This document shows, in pieces, positions 36,601 through 48,600 of a DNA stretch of 64,000 bases. Every line of letters starts with the position of its first letter. Position 1 is the first letter of the stretch. Both the position numbers and the translations under genes were made by a program. This stretch comes from Botryllus schlosseri. Taxonomy: Eukaryota. The notes under the pieces were generated by a model, which had not been told where the DNA came from, did not search any database, and was given only the letters and a program-made list of their open reading frames with translations. Where the stretch lies: contig CM119372.1 of NCBI GenBank assembly GCA_051294905.1, forward strand, positions 14,696,001 through 14,760,000. The letters run 5' to 3'.

Positions 36601-39600
36601 TAATCGCCGTATCCATTAAATCGAATGAGTTAGTCATTATTGTACTTTCCATTCCTGAAATACCGACTGTATTGGCGCGTCCCGTTTCTATGTACAAAGC
36701 AGATCTATCTAATCGTTACACTATCTCGTTACACAATTTCCATTCGATCTAAATGACGCAGCAGATTACCGGCGAGAAACCCAACACTTTTCCGACTGAG
36801 CCTGGCTTTCTTTGCTGCAGAAATTCGACACTCTTGTCGGCGAGAGCGGAGGTCAGATGAGCGGCGGGCAAAAACAGCGCATCGCGATAGCCAGAGCGAT
36901 TGTGCGCGACCCGAAAGTTCTCTTGCTGGACGAGGCCACGTCCGCCCTGGATACGGAAAGCGAATCCGTCGTACAGGCCGCTTTGGACAAAGCCTCCGCC
37001 GGTAATTACGGGATGCCCGCAGAGGGTGTCTGTAACGGAGTGCTCCAACTTTTTCGGAGTACCTAATTACCTTTGCCTACTTCTATTACTTGCTCAAGTG
37101 ATTATAATTAATAATATGGAGAAGAACAGTCAATTGAGTGGCTACAAGTCACGTTAACATGGTGTATAAGCGGTTGGCTATGGAGGCAGATCCAAATGTG
37201 TAGTATAGAATAGCGAAATAACGATTGGTGCACGTTTCTAGTAGGGCCATATGAGAATAAGATAAAGTCAACATCAAAGTATGTCTATAATCCACTTAAT
37301 ACAGATATTGCCGTTACTCAACGGGTCGGTTATGATTTATATAAGCAGCCATTGGTTTTTAATGCTTCGATGTGAAAATCGAAATGTTTCATTTGATGAG
37401 AACAAGATTTCAAATCTTTGTTCGGTGTACGCACATATAGGCATACTGTTCGCCAAGCAACAACGGTCAAACTGCGTTTAACTATCAGCATAACTAAACA
37501 TCAATACATATGTTACTATTTGAAACTAGGCGGGGTGGTGATTACAGACTATCATCCTGCTGCGAGGTACTGGCGTCTGGAGTGTATTGATGACCTGATA
37601 TACGGAATGATAGGTGTTCTTACAATCACACTAATTACAGTAATTAGCTTCTACATGTATATCGAATAGTTATTTACTATGTGTGGATAATCCGTTACGC
37701 AATGCAATAGCTGATACTTGTGCCATAATAATCAGCAGTCGTGTTTGAAAACCCGATGTTTCTGCCCGCTATGATTTCGCACTCTTCGTTGTTCACGAAT
37801 GTTCATTGTTCAATTCATGTCACGGCCCTTGTGCCAATGTAAGGTAATCGTTCTTTCACAAAGAAATCGATTCGATATATGAAATAGTCGACTACTATTA
37901 CGATTACATTAGGTTTTTTTTAATCTAATCGATTACGATTACGATTACGATTACTTGAAAGTGATGTAATCGTCGTAATCGATTACGATTACTAATCACG
38001 ATTGCCCCATGTCTGCCATGGACCCGAAGAAAATTACGTTAAAGTACATTTACAACATGACATGACTGAATAGTATTTTATATTATATAGTATATTAATC
38101 TACTATTCAATTGTATATTGAAGTTCTGTACCTTCAAGAAGCTCTTCAAACATGACATGAAAAGACATGCTATACGTACGTGTAAATAAACACTAGTAAG
38201 CAATATGGTATTATGTTGGTTGGTATGGATTCTTATTGGTGCTCGACTGCTGTGCCCTTGTGCACCAGATGGAAGGTTTGATTAGAACAAGTATTTTCTA
38301 AATTATTCGATTCAACAGGAGTGCGAATTCTATACGCGTTGTAGCGAAAGGGCCAGTAAGAATTTCCGATAACGCAATGTTAATGCCACTTCGATGATAT
38401 ATTGTGTATTAGTTGAGTGTCTCGGACATATTAGCAGGAAATGTTCCGCAGATTCCGGCTGTGCGCACAGTTCAGATAATCCATTATCCTGTGCGCACAG
38501 TTCACATAATCCGTTATCAAGGAATCCGATCCTGCGCAGATGTTATGCCATTATGTGCTTAGACTGCTTTCACATACTTGAACAGGCAAAACCACATACT
38601 TTTTACAGCTTGGATTTGAAAAGTAGAAAGTAGTTTTGCGGTAAGTTTGCAACACTTTTACGAATGAAATTGTCATAGCAACTAGGTGGAATTTCGCATA
38701 ATAGCGCGGTAACTGAATATATTTTCGAAGATTCTAATTATTTGTAGTGCCATCAGTCATCTTGCATTCGCGAAGAAGCATCTTGCGATTTCGATTTCAT
38801 TTTCTATTTCCAATTGAGGTGGTTTTGACACGTATTGAAATTTGCTATACTTCTACTTATAGTTGAGTAGAAATTCACGGCATTACTTCTTCTACTTGAG
38901 CAGCAACGCGGACTACTTTGACCGTCGCTGGATGCCCGCCAAGACAAAAAAAACGAATATTGCATGTGTCATATATTGCTTGTCGCAACAGGCCGCACGA
39001 CCGTGGTGATAGCGCACAGACTGTCGACGATACGAAACGCCGACAAAATCGTGGCTTTCCACGAGGGAAAGGTGATGGAGGAAGGCACCCACGAGGAGCT
39101 GCTGAAACTGGAAGATGGAGTGTACGCGAACTTGGTCAACATGCAGACTGTCAAGGCGGGCGAAGCGGGGGAACAGGAAATATTGCCTGGTCAGTTGCGG
39201 CGTCGAACATACACGTTTTCGCCCTGTTTTGAAATCCGTTACTACTGCATGAATAGTAGGACTATTCCGACTTACGAGTACAGTCGACTTCACTTAATTC
39301 GGACAGTTTGGTTTCGTTCACGTTTGGAAGAATTAAGCGGGGGATCGGCATTGTCCGAGTTAATGGGAAATCTATTGTTCCCTTCATTGTCGTGCGTAAT
39401 GGCACACAACGCATTCAAAATACTGCATTTTGGCGTAATAAATTAGTTGCAGATGGGCTATACTGCAGTAATTGGCACAGTTCGCATTACCAGCACATTA
39501 GTTATGCTTTCATGTTAGTGGCATTGTACAGTACTTTCGATACCATGCCATTCAAGAAATACTGCTTGGTATTTCACTGTAACAATCGCATATTGGGCTC

Positions 39601-42600
39601 AGTACGTTCCGATATCCGCATCAACGCAACTAACTGCTGAACTGTAAAGGAAGAGTATTTTTTATTCGTTTATTTTCTTGATCAATTTCACTTTTTCTGC
39701 CAAATTTGTCTGCACCAATCTGTTCTGCAAGATGCACGCAGTTGCACCCAATTAAAAGCGACTATGAAGCTGTTATGGCCTTTATGAGTTTACCGTCGAT
39801 CGTTACTGCAGGTATCGTCCTTGTTTCGCTGTCATCACTAATCTTGTGATAAAACGAACGAAGTACTATTTATTGTGGTATATCCTAACGACTGCAATTG
39901 CGACCCGAATGTTCGAAATCGAATTAACCGATGGCGGAATTGTTTCCTTTGGGTCGTTCTCGAGCATTTTTGGTCAAATAAAGCTGTTTTCCGGTGTCCG
40001 AATTAAGCGGGGTCGACTGTATTGGTATTATTTGATATCCGAACAGGATACGCGGGGCATGCCCGGTTGATAATCGAGTAACGCTATGAACGGAATTGCA
40101 CCTGAGAAAATGGATTTGCACATTTTGGTCGGATTGGATTTGGACATAATATTCGGGACTCTGGAGTATATTGACCGTCGAACGGGCTTGCGAGACTTGC
40201 TTGAAATTTAAAGCAAAACAACCATTTCCATTATACAAATAGAGCTGCTATTCTTGCTATTTTTCACCGATTTGTCGTAGCCAGGGGGCAAATAACGTGT
40301 TTTCCCCTGAATATTCGATATGGCCATTGAGTCGTCAACTTTGAGCTACGCCACATTGTTGAAATACCTCCCCTCTCAAATTTCGGTCTCGGCTATATAC
40401 ACCAGGGTGTAGGGTACAGAATTAGCTCACAACTCGTACACCGTACACGAGAGAAACGAAATAAGGCAAAAACATCCTTTTGTGTCTCAGAAAAGAAAGT
40501 CAGCGTATCTTCATCGCATTCATTCCATAGAAGCTCCACCAAAAGAAGTTCAAGAAACATGAAATCGACTTCTTCAGTGAACGACTTCGGCAACGATGAG
40601 GTGACAGGATTGTAGCATTGTCTACTAAATACGGGACGAAATTATGACCCCTAGTATGTAATAGTAATATCAAACAAGCCCGAAATTATCGCTTTCGATA
40701 ATAAAATACACCAGTTGGTGGAAACTAGAGTCGAATCTTCAAACTCGAATAGTAGACAATATAATCCAATTGAATAACACTCGGCATAAAACAGAGCTAT
40801 AAAATACGATTCCGATGCCGCTTGACATTTTCCGCGCATCTTTACGACCATGCCGAAACACATATGCAGTCAAACTATAGTCAGCAATTCTGCTAAGTAG
40901 AAGTAATGCCGTAAATTTATACTCACGGGATATGTTATTCCGCAACTACCATAATTTCACGCACAAAGTACCGCAAAACAACCCAAAAGCTACTTTTCAC
41001 TTCACCATAGCCAAAGTGTAAAAAGTCAATGGTTTTGCATTAAAAACCGTTAAATATACTATTGGAGGTACATAACTTCAATATACAATTGAAACATATA
41101 TTCATATTGAAATAGACCCGAATATTTTCGGCTGACACGCGTAAGGGTAAGGTAAAAGGTTACCATATTTGGGAGCCGGAGATGAGGACACACTTTACAA
41201 ATTACAGAAGGTAAATTACCGGACTCGAAAACTGCCGATTCGAGAATTTTCACGGGAAATCATGTTGTGTTGACTTATAAATTAATAAACGAAAGGTCGT
41301 TTTCCGACTCGACTCCCAAATGACCCACTTTATAATGATACTGCTGTGGTTAGGGTTGGATTTAAAACAAAAACCAATTTAAAACAAACATGTTTAAAAC
41401 AAGGCCCTTGTATAAGACATGTTTTTTATTGTTGTTTTTAGCCAAGACGTCACGAATATTAAGTTGTGACGTCACAGTGGATTGACATTGACAATTGAAA
41501 ATATAGGGTAAATAGGGCTCCTTCGACGGAAAGGGCTTCCGATCACTGTCATAAACAGACCAAAAATATCTTTAGTCATGACTACATCGTTATGCAGCAT
41601 TTTTATGGTCGGCTGTCATCATCATCAGAACACCCATTCCGGCCATTCGGTACCAATGATCAATATCTACATGCCAAAACTGTTGAACCGACGACGATTC
41701 CGAGGGTTCCAGCCACCCCACATCGTATACGTCGACTATTTTGATTTCAAATCGTCCGTAGGCTCCTACTACATGGTATTTCGGACGTATTTACACAATT
41801 ATGGCATAATTAGACGTTTGAAAAACGGCACTATTATTTTTTCAAAAAGGCATTTGTTTAAAACATGTTTGTTTTAAATGCAACTATAGTTTGGTGTTGA
41901 CTAAAAAAGGTCGATTTTCCAGCCCTACTCCCGGAAGACCCGTCCGAACATCCGAATTGCAGATTTGCGTCATTTATGCCGTTTTGTAGTTGTCACTATC
42001 CATTAGTATGACTGTCAAAGCTATCGGGGACGACGAATTCCCAAAAAGTAGGATATTTAGGCGTCCTCGGAGGACGTTTTCGGTTTCCTGAAAAATGGGG
42101 ACAAATTCTCCTAAATGAGGACATATGGTAACCCCACGTAAGGGGCAATCATGTCAGAGACTCAATCGACAATATTTGGGTTTATTTCTATATGAATTAA
42201 TTATTCAGAACATGTTAAGTAGCATACCAGCATAAGCAGTCTCAAACTATAACCGCGAATTATACCCAAAACGACTTGAGCACCCCTGAAAAGTTACCGG
42301 CCGTCTCTACTGATATTTCAACATCCCTCCGTATTTCATCTATAGGATGAAGAGGAAGAGGAAAAAGAAGACCTCCCGGAAGCCCCCTTCAAGCGGATAC
42401 TAGCCATGAACAAGCCGGAAGCTGTCTACATCGGATGTAAGCGTCTCGGAAACTGTAGAATCTCAATGATGTCGGATATATGACGGATTTTCTTATCTAA
42501 CAGTCGGATGCTTTTTTGCCGCCTTAGCCGGCTCGGTTGACCCTCTCAATGCGATTTTGTTCGCCTCCATTTTGACAATCTTCACGGAGGGCGACCCGAA

Positions 42601-45600
42601 CGAGCAGAGCCGATTGGCCAGTCTGTACGCGGGACTGTTCGTGGTCCTGGGAGTGACGGCCTTTATCAGTTACTTATTGGAGGTGGGAACCGCTGTTGCA
42701 AACAGAGGGGGTCTGTAGCGGAGTACTTCTGATTCTTTTCGAGGCACTACTACCAACTTTGTGCAGTTTGGATTTATTTAAAGTAGAAAGTAGTTTCGGG
42801 GTATGTTTGTATCACTTTTATGGTTGAAATTGCCGTTGCAACTTGGAGAAATAGCCCCAGTACCCGGGTACCTGAATATATTTTGATAACTTGTTGCTTG
42901 ACTATGTTTTAGACCTGTGGTTGTCAACCAGCAGTGGTACGCGAAGTCGTTGTTTTGTGGTAACATGGCGCTTGTCGACTACTATGATCATTTACACCAG
43001 GCCAATTTTCCTTCATATTTATTCCGTAACTGCCGATTTGTAGGGCGGCCCACTTCTATAGGCTTTTTATAAGACACCGCTTACACGGATAATATGGCGA
43101 GGAGGAGCCTAGATAAACCTCCAACACTTAGGTAGGATTGTGCGCGAAGTCCTGTCAAGTGGTCAAAATTTTCCAAATCACACCGTTGCTATCAAGTCGC
43201 AGTTGATTCTTATGAACACGAGAATAGCAAATCTCTGTACAGCAAGCTGGGATCTATTCGCACCATACAGTTCACCTGTAGCATAGGAACAGGACAGGGA
43301 AACCAGAAATTAGATTAGAATTAAAATTATAGCTCAGAAACATTTCGCAAATCAGAATAGGAGTAGAATTAGAGCAGAGTAATATTTTAAAAATTAGATT
43401 AGAATTAGATGATCGGAATTTCGCTCTAATTAGTGTAATTATAGACAACTAGAATGATCTTGACCAAGTCTGGGTGGTACATAGTAAATGCATCTATTTT
43501 TCAGTAAAATAACAGTTTTCATAAACAGTTGACGCAATTTTTTCTAATGTAAGAAATGTATTCATGGAGTACATACTGAAATACTCTATGTGTTATCCGA
43601 CTCGGCTCCACCTCACCTAGATCAGTTTGTGGAGAAGAAACAATTGTAACGTATAGAATTTGCCTTGTTAGTATGTGTTAACTAATAAGGGACGGGTTAG
43701 CTTGCGGCTCGCATTTATTTCGAAACTTTTGGGCCGACTTATTTGCTAATCTGCCAATGTTAATAATCCTATATACATTCGGAGTGAAGCTGATTAGTTT
43801 ATAGTTAATTTGTTGGTACGTAACAAAATCCTACAACCTCGAGGCTGTAAGGAAAACGTTGAGAACCAATGTTTTAGACGGCTCATTTCCTACATGGGCT
43901 TGAAGTAGTTTAGATGTGTCTCAGAAATCTCCGTCTTTATTCGCACTTCTTCTTGAGCAGGAAAGCTGACTACATTGACCACCTCTGGTTGCAAATGCAA
44001 ACTATATACGGGATATTATAAATTGATTGGCGCCCTCTCTCCAGGCTACCTTATTCTCGAAATCAGGAATGGAACTGACCACACGCTTGAGGCAAATGTC
44101 GTTCAAAGCCATGCTTCGGCTGGACATCTCCTACTTCGACAATCACAGGCACAGCACCGGCGCTTTGTGCAGCAGACTGGCCACTGACGCCGCAAGGGTG
44201 CAAGGATGTACCGGCGTGCGGATAGGCACCATTTTGAAAAACTTCTGCTCTCTCGGTAACCGCTACCGAAAGTGTGACTCTTGAGGCAATTTTATCAATC
44301 GATCGTCGTTATACGGTACAGGTGTGGCGCTCGGGATATCGTTCGCTTACAGCTGGGAATTGACGCTGTGCACGCTCGCGTTTGTACCTTTCCTGGCGAT
44401 CGGCGGCTTTTTGGAGATGTCGCTCTTGATGGGACAGGCAGAAAAAGAAAAGTTGGCGTACGAAGATGCGAGTGAGTTGTTGGACTGCTTTATCGCAATG
44501 AATGGCTGCTGATTGCAAGTCTGCGATTGTATTGGTAGAACGAATTTCACTACTGATATGTAGTTGGGGTCAATATAGCTGCTTTTTTAGATTGTGTGCA
44601 AATTTGAAGTCGGTAAATCATCGCAAGTATGTCGCTTATACTGTCTTATCTGCACATGCTTTTGTGCTTATATGGCATTTAAAAATCGACTCCCAGCACT
44701 GGTTTCCTCATGATATACGTATAGTCCCATAGTAAGTCAAGCTATAACTGTAATGATTAGCAAACCCGACCTTTTATGTTGCGAACCAAAAAAAAATGAA
44801 TCCAAAGTCGAAAATAACGCCAATCGTTTAAAATAGCTGGACATATATCATTGAGCTACCATTGGATTATGACCTTCAGGTTATTATGAGAATTGGCCAG
44901 ACTCGATATCCTGTATGTGAAGTTGGTATAGAGTGCCGTGTTCTAGTAGTTGTCAAAACATCCAAGAATTCCAACTTTTTGGTATACGACCTAACTGACA
45001 AATGCCTCATCCGTAACAGAATTATTTTCTCGTTTGAGCTATAAAGACAATTTCACGGCCCATCTTTTAGCAATATATAGTCGAATTTCAACCTGAATAA
45101 TTATGTCATCATGTCACCCACGACCCTACCGCTCATTCACGTTATTACTTTGTATCGCATTGTGAAGTAGGGTTATGCAACCGATTTCACGCGCCGTTGC
45201 ATCAGGCTGTATATAACGTATTGCTGCGTCGCATACGTTGCTATATATAACACGCTTACAGATTTTCGGCGCGGTCTTGCTCTGATGAAAATCTTTCGTT
45301 CGCGCAGGTAAAATCGCCACCGAAGCTGTCATCAACATAAGAACAGTCGCTTCGTTGACGAAAGAAGAAACCATATTTCAAATGTACCGGGAAAAGCTCA
45401 GAATCCCCGCCAAGTACGTATCCACCATCATAGGCTGCCAAAGGAGCAGTCAGCGTTGCTATACTCAAGTAGAAGTAAAAGGCTGTAAATTTCAACTCAA
45501 GTACAATAAAGATAGCGACTTGCAAGACATGTCTAAACTTCCTCAAGTGGAAGTAAAAGTACTCAAGTATGTAATTGCAAGAAGTATATTGTAAAAGTGA

Positions 45601-48600
45601 CGTAAGCCTATGTCAGAAAACTATTTTATACTTCCAAGTAGTTTTGTCGTGCAAGTAGGCAGAACATACTGATAAAGCATAACGACTTTTTACTGACCAT
45701 TTCCGGCCATAATATTGAGTAGCGATACCGACTGGTGTGACTTTCTTTTCCTTCCACCAGAAACGCCAATAAGAAGGCGCTCTTCACCGGACTCGGATAC
45801 GGATTTTCGCAGTGCGTGATCTACTTCGCGTACGCCGGCGTCTTCCGTCTGGGCCTCTACCTGGTGGAGTTTCGAGGCGAAGACTTCCAAGATATCTTCA
45901 TGTAAGCGTCGGTTTGATGATTGAATCGCACGTTGCCCAATGACTGATTGCGGAATAGGGATTCTGACATCCGTTACCGTAACAATATTTGACATAAGAA
46001 TGCGTTAAGCATCGCCCATAAATTTCTACTCATTTCCAAAAGAGGTCATACCTATACTTCAAGTTGTAGTATCAATTAAGGTCCGGAAATTACTCAACTG
46101 AGTAATTTCAGTAGATTTGGTGAAGGTGTCGCATACTATTAGCAAGAAATCGGATGTGATTACTTTGGAAATGGCGAGAAACATATTCTCAACTACAGTG
46201 AAAAATTACTGACAGGTGCGATTTCTGAAAATTTATTCGGTTAACGTGATACGCCTGTTTCTTATGATAATTTCATCTATAAATGCTTTGCCTAAAAATC
46301 GTAAAGCTTCAAGGGAAAGTATTCTTAAAACATCACCACTTTAGTAGTACAAAAAGGCAAAACCTACCTGACCGCTCTAAAAGAGAGGAAGTGAAGTATA
46401 CTTCCTTACATATTGACCAACTCAGTTACGAAGCATTGCTCCCGGAACTCATTGAAATAGCCGAAGTAGTTTGGTCAAACTCCAGTTTTGAGCCGACTGT
46501 AACCGATTTCAACATCTGAATCATGTTTTGAACCAGATTTCATCCCCCCGCTTCGCTACGTTGTATTATACATATAGTATATGCAATGTGTATGTCATGA
46601 ATTGATTAGCGTCCGAAGGATCAAGCAGCATTATCGTATAGGTATTTTCCGCGAACAGAGTCAGACTTTTTCAAATCAAATGCTAGGATATTCTCACGCG
46701 TACGTGTGTAACACGTCGTGTATGTTAGGGATGATCTGATTTAATATTTCCAACGCTAAATAACGAACGGGGCCGTTTACATTGTTCGTTGATAAGATTA
46801 GATCTTAGAATTTCAAGCACGTGTTTCCTTTTCAAATACAAACGTTTCTCGCGATGTCGCTGATTGAAGACAAGAAGTATATACGCCGTGGGTAGATATC
46901 AATAGAGATGTGAAAATGGCGCTCTCGCCTTTTTACGATTTGGTGATGAAACTTTGCTTTTCGCATTGATGGTTTGCGTCACGATCACCTCTTTGCGTCT
47001 CGTGATTGTGTCAGCTTTCCAGACAAAAAGTAGAACTACTTCGCTACTGAACACCTCTGATATAATGCTGCACAAACCGAAAATCAGTCCGCGTATAGTA
47101 TAATCATGGAGTATTCAGAATACGCATAAATCGTCGCAGCGGAATCAGAGTATAGCGTATATTCATTTTCAATATCTTGGGGAAAGATTTTTTAAGATTT
47201 TCATTTTCTTTCATCCATATTTTATCCATATTTGTGTTTGACGCAATGTGACAAACATAACCAGGGCTAATTAATGGCCGAAAGAAAATCTTGCAAAAAC
47301 TTGATTCTACTGCCACGAAATACGCACCGTCTCCTCTTTCTTCTTAACCAATCTTGTACATTTGTTCTACAACAGCGTGCTAACTGCCGTTATCTTCGGC
47401 GCGATGGCCGTGGGCCAGAACAGCTCCTTCGCGCCTGATTTCGCCGAGGCCCAAGTCTCCGCCGCCAGAATGTTCGCCCTGCTGGACAGCACGCCGGAAA
47501 TCGACGCGTACAGCGACGAAGGCCTAAAACCGGTGTGTAATCAAGAAAGTCGCGGAAAGGTGTAATTGCGCACATGCGCAGTAACACACCCGTTTTCTCT
47601 CATCTTTGCAGGCTGCTTGTAAGGGATCAGTGGAATTTGATAAAGTCAAATTTTCATACCCCACGCGTCCGGATTCCCTAGTCTTGAAAGGATGCGACTT
47701 CGAAGTGCCTACTGGCTCGACATTGGCCCTGGTAGGACAGTCTGGGTGCGGAAAATCAACGTCCATACAACTCATCGAAAGGTTTTACGACGCGGACGAA
47801 GGCAAAGTGGTACGTCTAACGTTCTCTATCTTGGATTGCGCAATCGCTTGCGTTCAAAATTGTACAGTTGCAAAGTCCAATAGTATATTTTATCCCTCAT
47901 TATTATGTATGATGGATTTATTTCGAAGTATTCCTTGCCTTGTCGTCGTTGACGCTCAGGTAGAAATACAAGCAACACCGTAAATTCCACTCAATTACAA
48001 TTATAGATAACGATTTCAAAGACCTGTCAAAACCACTTCAAGTGGAAGTACAAAATGAATATTTTAAAAGTACTCCAGGCGCTTCGACGAGTAGATTTGG
48101 TCGAGACTCGGAATACTCTTGGTAACCGATCGAAGGTGGGCGGCTTTCGAAATTGCCCATCGCGACTGACGCAAACTGTCTGGTGACACTGCAAATTGAT
48201 GCGATTTTCGAAATTCGTTACCGTGGTATATCGACAATCCACTCTTGAACGTGTTTACAACATATCCCACAACTGCATTCTACTTAATTCGCTTTGTCTG
48301 AGAATATGTTAAGCAGAATGATAAATAGCAAGAAGAGCTGCTTGGGTACTACTACAAGTACTTCGTTACTGACAGTCTCTGCTTGTCCCCGTAATGGGCA
48401 AAGCCAAAATTTACCATCAGACAAGATCTTGTTGACAGCTACAGCTAGAGTTGCATTTATAACAAAAATCAATTTAAAACAAACATGTTAACAAGGCCCT
48501 GATTTAAAACATGTTTTTTTTATGTTTTTTTTAAACCATCACGTCACGAATATTCAATTGTGACATCAGAGTTGATTGAGTTTACCAATTAAATAGATAT

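Noticed and set aside
36857..36871. MSGGQ signature in NBD1 of paralog B as a degenerate ATPase site
   Set aside because: Leu-to-Met at this position is conservative and occurs in other ABCB proteins; Walker B glutamate and H-loop are intact.
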